Assembly: GCA_965248535.1 (NCBI GenBank)
Contig: CBDFJR010000005.1
Span: 1,920,001 to 1,984,000 of the forward strand
Origin: Phormidesmis sp.
GTDB lineage: Bacteria; Cyanobacteriota; Cyanobacteriia; Leptolyngbyales; Leptolyngbyaceae
Direction: 5' to 3'
Length of the DNA stretch: 64,000 bases
Position numbers and translations under genes: made by a program. The notes below the pieces were generated by a model, which had not been told where the DNA came from, did not search any database, and saw nothing but the letters and a program-made list of their open reading frames with translations. Below, one piece after another: positions 19,321-27,936 of the stretch (the first letter of the stretch is position 1; every line of letters begins with the position of its first letter).

Positions 19321-20100
19321 ATCTAACGGCTAAAGTGAGCGGCGGCAAGAGGACTAGAACGAAGCGCAAAGGCTATGTATCGTCCGCTCCACTATGTGTC
19401 CGCCCAGCATGGGCGTGAACTAATGGGGTGAAAGTCCCCTGTCGGAGAACCAACGTCCAAAGGAACCCGAAAGTTCCGAGTGACGACAACGACTAGCTTA
19501 AGGCAAGGGCGTTTCCGCGAGGAAGGGTCTGAAGGAAGCTGGAGGCAAACCTGCGAACTGACGGACAGAAACGTCATAGAAGGCTAAGATTCCCGTGGCG
19601 AGTGAGCACAACATCACAAAGCCTTTTGGTTCAGGGAACATAGTAAATGACGCGGTTGTGCAGGGACATTCACGGTCTTATCTGGGGAGATCTGCTCAAA
19701 GGGCGGTTTGGGATTTTATGGGAGTCGGACTGAGGGCGATTTGGAAACGAATCGACAACCCACCGAACCCTACGGAAACCTAAGCAGCGCGTCTAGCGGC
19801 AACGCTAGAGGTAATTGAGCAGAAGTCAGCAGAAGCCATAGTAGCCAAATGCTCATCGTCATGGGTGAGACAGGGTGAAGGGCTGAACGTCAGAGAGCAG
19901 GGAGGAGCCGTAAAGCTCGACGGGGCGATGAACCCGGATGGGGGAGCTAACTTGTCGGCGCTTAATTGCGTCACCAGCCCTGGACATCAATTCTTTGGAG
20001 TTGAAGGGTCTAAACCTCTTTGAGGAAGCGCCCCGTGCGGAGCCGCACGCGGGGTGCTGTGGGAGCGGGGGGAGAAAATCCCCTTGCTACCCGATTAGAC
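19321..20100 (-). other. attC recombination site (about 82 nt) split by the group II intron
   Basis: With the intron removed, the minus strand reads GTCTAAC-ATA-GTGGAGCGGACG...CCGCCGCTCAC-TTTAGCC-GTTAGAT: RYYYAAC/GTTRRRY cores with paired arms and two extrahelical bases. Confidence 0.8.
19398..20095 (+). mobile_element. ORF-less group IIC intron (IIC-attC type)
   Basis: 5' end GTCCGCCCAGCATGGGCG; IIC DI hallmarks (GGGTGAAAGTCCC, TAGCTTAAGGCAAGG, TCTGAAGGAAGC, TCTTATCTGGGGAGATCTG); AGAAGTCAGCAGAAGCCATAGTAG; short DV GAAGCGCCCCGTGCGGAGCCGCACGCGGGGTGCTG with CGC triad; DVI ending CTACCCGAT; no RT ORF. Confidence 0.92.
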
Positions 20101-20149
20101 GCCGTCAGTTACGCAGAATTCCCTGAGTACATGCACGGTATTGGTGCTA

Positions 20150-20818
20150 TTAATCAATAATTACCCTAAAGGTCAAATTGATTCTCGGTTCTACCTTTCT
20201 AGATGTTTTTGGAATTTGATGCTGCCAGAAATGCTGAGTCTCACCAGCCATCAGAAGAAAACTACCATGTGTTAGCTCAACTTCCGCCTTCAGATCTTGG
20301 TCTTGCCTATGCCGAAACATAAATCTTCTTGCTCCTCCGAAACTGACAGAGCCAATTACAGGATTTTCACCTAATTCTGGCTCTGCATCTGTGTGCCAAG
20401 AGATACCATCATTTCCATGACGATAGAGATTCAGCAAAACGCTGTTGAACTCAACCTCTGAAACCTCTTCAATACGCTGCTTCACTTGCAGCAATGTTGG
20501 TGTCCAAGGTTCAGGATCGAGGTGAATACCTGAGAAGGTGTACGATTTATCCTGATCACCATACCAAGCAGTCTTTCGCGGCAAATTGATCTCTTTGCCA
20601 TAAAGCTTCATCTTGTCTTGCCGCCAGTTAATCTCATTCAGCAAGATCTGGAAAATTTCGTTGCTTCTTTGCGAGTCGAAAAAGTTTCGGTAGAAAATAA
20701 CCTTTGCGTCTGGCATAGGTAGGACTTCTCTGACTAATTCATCCTCGGCACTTGTGACCGACTCAAAACCGGAGAACAAGTCCCCTTGAGAAACATTTAC
20801 GGCAGACTTCCTTCTCAT
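20150..20818 (-). CDS. AlkB-family (ALKBH2/3-like) 2-oxoglutarate/Fe(II) dioxygenase
   Basis: LPRKTAWYGD, FNSVLLNLYR, WHTD, SVSFG, HQIPK, RINLTFR. Confidence 0.93.
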   Translation of the reverse strand: MRRKSAVNVSQGDLFSGFESVTSAEDELVREVLPMPDAKVIFYRNFFDSQRSNEIFQILLNEINWRQDKMKLYGKEINLPRKTAWYGDQDKSYTFSGIHLDPEPWTPTLLQVKQRIEEVSEVEFNSVLLNLYRHGNDGISWHTDAEPELGENPVIGSVSFGGARRFMFRHRQDQDLKAEVELTHGSFLLMAGETQHFWQHQIPKTSRKVEPRINLTFRVIID

Positions 20819-20830
20819 AAAGACTTTTCC

Positions 20831-21637
20831 TCAGCTTTGAATCAGGTTCACAGTGAATTGCCTCTCGCATACACCTATTCTACGCTCTTCATACCTTCCG
20901 GTTTTGAAGTAGAACACTTTTTTATAAATCGGCTCCTCAGAAACCACTGAGTTGTAAATTCGACCGGACTGCGAGAACAAGTCATAGAAGTTACTTAATC
21001 TATATCTACGATCGTTATCTGGACTTGTGCAGATAAATCGATTTAAGCCTCGAAAGGAACCAATTATCAACTCGTGTAATTCGTCTAAACTAAACGCTTC
21101 TACATCAATAATGTTTGAGAAAAGGTGAACCTTGATGCTATCCATATCAGAAATCAAATCGCTAGGTTGCAAGTCATCTATGTACTTACTAATTCTACGT
21201 ATGGTAGGAGTAGCATAGGCTTCAGATTGAAGCATTTGACAAGCGAGGTTGTAACCGCGCTCCAACGCTGTAAGCGAAGGCTCTACAAGCGTAATCGAGA
21301 CTACTTCGGGCTTGAGCTTACTCTCGATGAAGTAGTCAATCAAAACACAGGTCGCCAATGCTTGACCACATCCCCAGTCAATGATCTCCAATTTTTTGCC
21401 GTCAGTATAGTGAAAATTAGTTGAGGCAAAGGCTGCATAAAGTTTGTGAAAATGATGCCCACCGTAAAACGCTACATACTGGTCGCATTTTGCCTCGCTA
21501 TCCAACACTGCCGTACCATTAGCTAAAGCACTGAGAACATTTTGAACATTTTGTATATTCTTGCACTTTTCTATGCAGGGCTTGTAGATGCCATCGATAA
21601 ATCTCATGATCCCTTCTTCTGAGTTCGAGATGTTCAT
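20831..21637 (-). CDS. hypothetical class I SAM-dependent methyltransferase-like protein
   Basis: IIDWGCGQA motif I, LVEPS acidic motif II, HLFSNIIDV. Confidence 0.65.
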   Translation of the reverse strand: MNISNSEEGIMRFIDGIYKPCIEKCKNIQNVQNVLSALANGTAVLDSEAKCDQYVAFYGGHHFHKLYAAFASTNFHYTDGKKLEIIDWGCGQALATCVLIDYFIESKLKPEVVSITLVEPSLTALERGYNLACQMLQSEAYATPTIRRISKYIDDLQPSDLISDMDSIKVHLFSNIIDVEAFSLDELHELIIGSFRGLNRFICTSPDNDRRYRLSNFYDLFSQSGRIYNSVVSEEPIYKKVFYFKTGRYEERRIGVCERQFTVNLIQS

Positions 21638-21783
21638 GTAGAAGGCTCAAAAAATGTAAGACTTCTATCGGCTAGACTGCCCAAGCTACCTTCTAGATTA
21701 AACAATTACTTCAGTGATGGTTCTCCAGATTCTCAAATGTCAGGATTGCACAAGGCTGAAGTGGCAATCTCACCAACAACTCA

Positions 21784-21942
21784 GGCGTATAACTACTATT
21801 TCTGCCGTTTGAACTCCTATCAAACAGGATAAATGCCTCTCTCAGAGAAATTATGCCGTATGGAAACCGGATAACTCCCATTTTTTTAGGAATCATCCTG
21901 AATTCTCACAGGATAACTCTCCACTTTCGGGTAATTATACGG
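21784..21942 (-). other. attI-like site with phased inverted boxes (42-bp period)
   Basis: Minus-strand core GTTATACGCC complements the cassette's attC R'' (GGCGTCTAAC) at 9/10 nt; three C(A/C)GGATAA-N18-inverted-box units at 21825, 21867 and 21909. Confidence 0.6.
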
Positions 21943-22258
21943 AATGGCGCTCAGGTTTTTCGATTCTAAGGGAGCCGCGAGTAAATTGTCTCGTTCCGAT
22001 GAATCAGTCATGGCGCTGAGTCGATCGAGTCCCTGCCGTTGCTCGACTGGAACATAAATTAGGGAGAGTTTACGATCGCCCCCCCTCTTCCACAAAACCC
22101 GATCGCTTCCCTCCCCCACAAAAATCACCATTCCAAAAAACAAAAAACTCTAGTACAATACACCGCAGTGATGGAGTTATGCCCCGAAGCCTGATCTACC
22201 AAATCAGACTCCGAGGACTTCCATCCCTAGTTACCGACTAGTAACTTAGGAGGCGTTC

Positions 22259-22378
22259 ATGATTGTACACCGACAGCTTTGCTATGGGATCTTGAAAGGC
22301 TGGAATCAAGATCCTGCATACAGATTTCCCCCCAACCCAATGTCTGAGAGATCCGTGTTTTTGTCCTCTTTGAATTAA
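22259..22378 (+). CDS. putative 39-aa leader peptide
   Basis: AGGAGG 5 nt before ATG; stop lies in the loop of the hairpin covering the next RBS. Confidence 0.35.
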   Translation: MIVHRQLCYGILKGWNQDPAYRFPPNPMSERSVFLSSLN

Positions 22379-22394
22379 TCGAGAGGACAAAACT

Positions 22395-22766
22395 ATGGGA
22401 GTTAGGACGATCGTGCCTAGCTCGATTTCGTTCACCGTTGAGTTACGTTGCTCAATCGAAAAGCGTTATCGAGTCAGTGTTATTTTGGATTTGCAAGAGC
22501 GTTATATTTTCATTCCCTCTGGTGTTATCTCAGACATTAGTGATGTCATTGAAGAGTTTGTGTCTCAGTTAAGTGAGATCGCGTCTAATCAACTGGCATT
22601 CTTGAAATGGGACGGTACGAGTGATTTAACGACGGAGTATCAGATTGTTCGAGTGTTGCCGGGATATCAAGTTGAGCGATCGTTAGCAAAGTTCAACATT
22701 GTCATCGGCAGTGGTTCACTGATTCAAGTGGAGGAGTTGCACGACAAAATCATCATTCAACTCTAG
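22395..22766 (+). CDS. hypothetical protein
   Basis: 123-aa ORF with GAGAGGA RBS; no recognisable motif. Confidence 0.5.
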   Translation: MGVRTIVPSSISFTVELRCSIEKRYRVSVILDLQERYIFIPSGVISDISDVIEEFVSQLSEIASNQLAFLKWDGTSDLTTEYQIVRVLPGYQVERSLAKFNIVIGSGSLIQVEELHDKIIIQL

Positions 22767-22893
22767 ATAAAGGGAACGATCGCGAAATTACCTTTTTGAA
22801 GGCTGACCGAAATTAAGCGATCGTTCCTTAATCATCTGAAGGGCTAACATTTTAGATTGAATAGGATGAATCCTCGATCTCATTCCTAATCAC

Positions 22894-22929
22894 CCTTTAC
22901 AGTTCGTAATCACTCTAGTGAGCGATCGC
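22894..22929 (+). repeat. 36-bp direct repeat, right copy (ends in HIP1)
   Basis: Identical to 19036-19071. Confidence 0.95.
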
Positions 22930-22989
22930 ACTCCTGAAAGTTTTAGACTTTATAAGATATCGCCAACATTAGCCAGCTATATCAGCCCT

Positions 22990-23979
22990 ATGTTTCCAAC
23001 TCACCGCCCTCGCCGCCTGCGTGCTCATCCTCAACTGCGCCGGATGGTGCGTGAGACTGTGTTGACTACCAGTGACTTGATCTATCCCTTGTTTGCGGTT
23101 CCGGGTGAGGCGATCGCCAAAGAAGTTCGCTCAATGCCGGGGGTGTTTCAACTCTCGATCGACAAAATCGTTGAAGAAGCTAAAGAAGTCTACGATTTGG
23201 GCATTCCGTCAATTATTTTGTTTGGCATTCCGGCGGATAAAGACACGGATGCAACGGGTGCCTGGCACGATTGCGGCATGATTCAAAAAGCGGCAACGGC
23301 CGTGAAGGAAGCGGTTCCCGATCTGATCGTGATTGCAGACACTTGCCTGTGTGAATATACGCCCCACGGTCACTGTGGTTATCTCGAAGTCGGCGACTTA
23401 TCCGGGCGAGTGCTCAACGACCCAACGTTAGAACTGCTCAAAAAAACGGCGGTTTCTCAAGCCAAAGCAGGTGCTGATATCATTGCGCCTTCTGGCATGA
23501 TGGATGGCTTTGTGCAAGCGGTGCGACAGGGGCTAGACGAAGCAGGATTTCACGATACGCCGATCATGTCTTATGCGGCAAAATATGCGTCCGCCTATTA
23601 TGGGCCATTTCGAGATGCAGCCGAATCGGCTCCTCAGTTTGGCGATCGCCGCACCTACCAAATGGACCCCGGCAACGCTCGTGAAGCGATTAAAGAAATC
23701 GAACTCGATATTGCCGAAGGCGCAGATATGCTGATGGTCAAGCCAGCGCTGTCTTATATGGATGTGATTTATCGCGTCAAGGAAGCGACGAATTTGCCTG
23801 TCGCGGCCTATAACGTGTCGGGCGAATATGCGATGGTAAAGGCCGCTGCCCTCAACGGCTGGATCGATGAAGAGCGCATCGTTCTGGAAACGCTGACCAG
23901 CTTTAAACGGGCAGGTGCAGATTTAATTCTTACCTACCATGCTAAAGATGCGGCTCGTTGGTTGGCTGCTCAGGCTTAA
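22990..23979 (+). CDS. hemB: porphobilinogen synthase (ALA dehydratase)
   Basis: [43 protein letters not shown]. Confidence 0.97.
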   Translation: MFPTHRPRRLRAHPQLRRMVRETVLTTSDLIYPLFAVPGEAIAKEVRSMPGVFQLSIDKIVEEAKEVYDLGIPSIILFGIPADKDTDATGAWHDCGMIQKAATAVKEAVPDLIVIADTCLCEYTPHGHCGYLEVGDLSGRVLNDPTLELLKKTAVSQAKAGADIIAPSGMMDGFVQAVRQGLDEAGFHDTPIMSYAAKYASAYYGPFRDAAESAPQFGDRRTYQMDPGNAREAIKEIELDIAEGADMLMVKPALSYMDVIYRVKEATNLPVAAYNVSGEYAMVKAAALNGWIDEERIVLETLTSFKRAGADLILTYHAKDAARWLAAQA

Positions 23980-24039
23980 ACGCTAAACTTTCAGACCTGA
24001 ACTCTCCAACAATTCTTTTTTGCTGGAGGGTTTCAGCTT

Positions 24040-24908
24040 CTAGCCTAGACCCAAATGTTGACGCAGAGCGTGGCGCATCGTCTCAACTGGGACAGACTGC
24101 TGTGTCCAGATCTTAAGAGCGATCGCCCCTTGTTGAATCAGCATTTCTAACCCGTCGATCGCGACTCCACCCCGATCGCTAACCTGCTTTAAAAACATTG
24201 TCGGGTTGGGCGTGTAGATCAAGTCATAGGCGATGATCCCCGGTTGATGGCTTTTAGCTGATCAACTTCCGACACCGTGAGGGGAGATTGATCAGCGTGA
24301 GGAGACATTCCGATCGGGGTCGCGTTCACCAATAAATCTGCACGGGGTAATAACTGGGGTAGTGTCTCCCAACCGTGAACGGTTAACCCTAGGGAAGCCT
24401 TCCAACTTTGCAAAAACGCGGCTAGCTTTTGGGCATCTCGCCCGACAATGTGAACTTCAGCACAGCCTAATTCTAGACATCCGGCGACAACGGCTCTAGC
24501 GGCTCCCCCGTTTCCTAAAATCACCGCGACCGATTGACTCCAATCTTGCTGCCGCGATCGCAGCGGCGCTAAAAATCCTTCCGCATCTGTATTGGTGCCG
24601 CTCCAGCCTTTTTGGGTTCGCCAAACCGTATTGACCGCCCCGATCGCCTGCGCTACGTCAGAGATTTCATCCAGCAGGGGCATAATCGTCTGCTTGTGGG
24701 GAATGGTGATGCTAAACCCCTGGATGCCGATCGCGGCAAATCCCTGAATCGCTTGGGCTAAATTTTCGGGCGCGATCGCAAAGGGCAGATATACAAAATC
24801 TGCGCCCATCTCCGCCAGAGCCGCATTGTGCATGATGGGCGAAAGCGAGTGCCCGATCGGGTGCCCAATCACGCCCAGCAGCTTCGTTTTTCCGGTGATT
24901 TGCGTCAT
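24040..24908 (-). CDS. aroE: shikimate dehydrogenase (one apparent frameshift near 24240-24255)
   Basis: HSLSPIMHN, TIPHK, GAVNT, NTD, GNGGAA, NATPIGM; the C-terminus YDLIY...DGLEMLIQQG is in another frame. Confidence 0.92.
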
Positions 24909-26218
24909 GGCTCCGGGTTCAAATAACCCCGGACTCGAAACATCACAGAGTTGGCGTGAGACGGTAACCCTTCAGCCTTGGCCAAAACATCGATCGCATT
25001 GGCGGCTTTTTGCAGCGCGATCGGAGAATATTGCACCAGACTAGAGTGTTTCAAAAAGGTCTCAACGCCCAGAGGTGAGGCATATCGAGCCGACCCCGAC
25101 GTGGGTAATGTGTGGTTAGGCCCTGCCAAATAATCGCCCACCGCTTCAGGAGTTGAGCTTCCTAAGAAGATCGCGCCTGCGTGACGAATATTTTGCAGCA
25201 ACGCCCAGGGATCATCCACTTCCAGTTCTAAATGTTCGGGGGCAAAGTCGTTTGAAAGCTCGGCGGCGGCTTCTAAAGAATCGACGATCGCCACCAAACC
25301 ATAGTGAGCGATCGATTTCTCAGTTAAAGTTCTTCGCGGATGATCCATCAACTGTCGCTCGACCTCATCCACCACTTTTCGCGCTAGCGCTGAGTCAGTC
25401 GTCAACAAAATAGCGGCGGCCATTGGATCGTGCTCTGCTTGCGCTAGCAAATCTGCCGCAATATAGACCGGGTTGGCGGTTTCATCGGCAATAATCAGCA
25501 CCTCAGACGGGCCTGCCAGCGAATCAATACCAACGGTTCCGTAGACCAGTTTTTTAGCCAGCGTCACATAGATGTTGCCGGGGCCCGTGATCACATCTAC
25601 TTTGGGAATGGTTTCTGTGCCATAGGCTAAAGCCGCGATCGCTTGGGCACCCCCGACTCGATAGATCTCGTGCACTCCTGCTTCTTGAGCCGCCACCAAA
25701 ACCGCCGCATTAATTGCCTTGTCTTTGCCGGGTGGGGTCACCATGACAATGCGAGGCACCTGAGCGACTTTGGCCGGAACGGCATTCATCAAGACCGTGC
25801 TGGGATAGCAGGCCAAACCACCGGGGACGTATAGCCCAGCCCGATCAACGGGCGTATAGCGCTTGCCCAAAACAATTTCGTCTTCACCGAAGTGAACCCA
25901 ACTTTTGGGCACTCGCTGTCGATGAAAGGCCTCAATTTGCTGCCGAGCTTGCTGAATGGCCATAAGAAGCTCTTTAGAGACCTGCTGATAAGCGGCATCA
26001 AGCTCAGAACCACTGACTCGCAGTTCTTCAGGCTTAATTTTTTGGTGATCGAACTCTAGGGTGTAATCTAACACCGCTCGATCTCCGAGTCGCTTAACCG
26101 CTTGCAGCACCTCCCGAACCGTCGCTTCTTTGTGAACAACCTGGTCGTCGTGAGTGCGATCGCAAATTCGTCGCAGTTCAGTTTTAGCCTCAGTCCACTG
26201 AGTGATGATTCGCAACAT
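24905..26218 (-). CDS. hisD: histidinol dehydrogenase
   Basis: YVPGG, GPGNIYV, AGPSEV, LLAQAEHD, APEHLE, GDYLAGPNHTLPT. Confidence 0.97.
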   Translation of the reverse strand: MLRIITQWTEAKTELRRICDRTHDDQVVHKEATVREVLQAVKRLGDRAVLDYTLEFDHQKIKPEELRVSGSELDAAYQQVSKELLMAIQQARQQIEAFHRQRVPKSWVHFGEDEIVLGKRYTPVDRAGLYVPGGLACYPSTVLMNAVPAKVAQVPRIVMVTPPGKDKAINAAVLVAAQEAGVHEIYRVGGAQAIAALAYGTETIPKVDVITGPGNIYVTLAKKLVYGTVGIDSLAGPSEVLIIADETANPVYIAADLLAQAEHDPMAAAILLTTDSALARKVVDEVERQLMDHPRRTLTEKSIAHYGLVAIVDSLEAAAELSNDFAPEHLELEVDDPWALLQNIRHAGAIFLGSSTPEAVGDYLAGPNHTLPTSGSARYASPLGVETFLKHSSLVQYSPIALQKAANAIDVLAKAEGLPSHANSVMFRVRGYLNPEP

Positions 26219-26432
26219 GGAGTGTAGAAGTGTCAGACTTGAGATAACCCGTCTAGAAAAAGGGCTTGAACCGTCCTAGCAACCTTGCCAATGCTAGATA
26301 AACCCTATCTTCGTTACTTTAGCTTAACCCGGATTTTTAGAGGTGTATGTGATCGTCCAGATGTTAATGCTATAGTAATTTGTCTAGCGATTCTTGTGTC
26401 CAATAATAGTTAAAGTTCTTCTAGGATTTACT

Positions 26433-26729
26433 GTGGCAAATATTAAATCCGCGATCAAACGCGTTGAAATTGCAGAACGGAACCGTCTCCGTAACAAAGC
26501 ATACAAGTCAGCCGTCCGGACGCTGATGAAAAAGTGCATGGCAGCCGCAGACACCTACGCGGCTAAACCGTCTCCAGAGACCTTAGCGGTGGTCAACACG
26601 ACTCTCTCTTCCGCCTTCAGCAAGATTGACAAAGCGGTGAAGCGTGGAGTCTTGCACCCAAACACGGGTGCCCGCCGAAAATCTCGTCTGTCTAGAGAAG
26701 TCAAAAAGCAAACGGCTCCCGTGTCCTAG
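26433..26729 (+). CDS. rpsT: 30S ribosomal protein S20
   Basis: GTG start; ANIKSAIKR...[22 protein letters not shown]. Confidence 0.97.
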   Translation: MANIKSAIKRVEIAERNRLRNKAYKSAVRTLMKKCMAAADTYAAKPSPETLAVVNTTLSSAFSKIDKAVKRGVLHPNTGARRKSRLSREVKKQTAPVS

Positions 26730-26786
26730 CAGAGTTGCTAAAGCTCCACTGAGGTCGATGATTTTAGGTTTGTCTTGAAGGCGTTC

Positions 26787-27599
26787 ATGCAACTGATTGA
26801 CACCCATGTTCACATCAACTTTGAGGCGTTTAAGCCAGACTTAGAGGCGATCGCGGCTCGTTGGCGAGAAGCAGGACTTGTTCACCTTGTCCACTCTTGT
26901 GTCGAACCTGCCGAATTTGCTGAGATTCAGGCGCTTGCCGATCGCTTCCCTGAGCTTTCCTTCGCCGTGGGGTTACATCCCCTAGACGTTGAAGAAAAGT
27001 GGGTAGAAAGCTCTTCTCAGCAGATTCTTGACTTAGCCAAGTCTGATCCGCGAGTCGTGGCGATCGGGGAAATGGGCCTAGATTTCTTCAAGGCAGACAA
27101 CCGAGCGCAGCAGATCAAGGCGTTTGAGGCGCAGCTTGCGATCGCTCAACACCTCGACTTGCCAGTGATTATTCACTGTAGAGAGGCTGCAAAGCCGATG
27201 GCAGACTTGCTGCGTCGCTTCTGTCAGCAGGGCGGCTCAGTCCGAGGGGTGATGCACTGTTGGGGCGGCACTCCTGAAGAAACACAGTGGTTTCTAGATC
27301 TGGGTTTCTACATCAGTTTCAGTGGCACAGTGACGTTCAAAAAAGCTCTTCAGATTCAAGAATCTGCAAAAATGGTGCCCAGCGATCGTCTCCTGATCGA
27401 AACAGATTGCCCCTTTCTATCGCCCGTTCCCAAACGGGGTGAAAAGCGCAATGAGCCATCTTACGTGCAATACGTGGCTCAACAGGTGGCTCGATTAAGA
27501 GAAACTCCCGTTGAGCAACTAGCTGCCCAAACGACTCAAAACGCTTGCCAACTGTTTGGCTTGACGATTTCTCAGCCCTGTCTTTCTCCCTCAACCTAG
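26787..27599 (+). CDS. tatD: TatD family hydrolase
   Basis: [32 protein letters not shown]. Confidence 0.95.
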   Translation: MQLIDTHVHINFEAFKPDLEAIAARWREAGLVHLVHSCVEPAEFAEIQALADRFPELSFAVGLHPLDVEEKWVESSSQQILDLAKSDPRVVAIGEMGLDFFKADNRAQQIKAFEAQLAIAQHLDLPVIIHCREAAKPMADLLRRFCQQGGSVRGVMHCWGGTPEETQWFLDLGFYISFSGTVTFKKALQIQESAKMVPSDRLLIETDCPFLSPVPKRGEKRNEPSYVQYVAQQVARLRETPVEQLAAQTTQNACQLFGLTISQPCLSPST

Positions 27600-27936
27600 G
27601 TGAGCGAGGTTTGGATCTCACAAATTTGTTGATTCGTCAACCCACAAAACCAATTTGCTGCGCCATAATGTTAGAGAGTGCAAATCATGGCTCATGAACA
27701 GGACTTTCTACCAGGTTTTATGTTCCTCAGTAAAACTTGAATCTGTCAGACGCTCACCTAAATCACCCACCGATTGTTGGAAGAATTGGAAACGAAGCGA
27801 GCAACCAACAACTCACAATTAAATATCCAGGCTTTTGGATTCCTTTCAGGTTTCCAAACTTTTTTGCATTGACCTATTTGTGCAAATAGTATAAAATTCA
27901 GGGTTCGCGCTGGGCGTGACCCTTCTGAGGAGACGC

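Larger units (their letters stand above)
19036..22929. mobile_element. direct-repeat-bounded genomic islet carrying an integrase-less integron-like unit
   Basis: Perfect 36-bp direct repeats, non-core HIP1-poor cargo, attC, group II intron, located between the rpmA terminator and hemB. Confidence 0.75.

Noticed and set aside
19392..20126. Short ORFs 19392-19577, 19595-19783, 19780-19974 and 19938-20126 as genes
   Set aside because: They overlie structured intron RNA and have no protein motifs or good starts.
22165..22225. Fluoride (crcB) riboswitch
   Set aside because: GTGATGGAGTT resembles the 5' motif, but the AACCGC and GCTGATGAC elements and a fluoride-related downstream gene are missing.
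21945..22766. Integron integrase gene beside the attI-like site
   Set aside because: No ORF of suitable length or with tyrosine-recombinase R-H-R-Y motifs.
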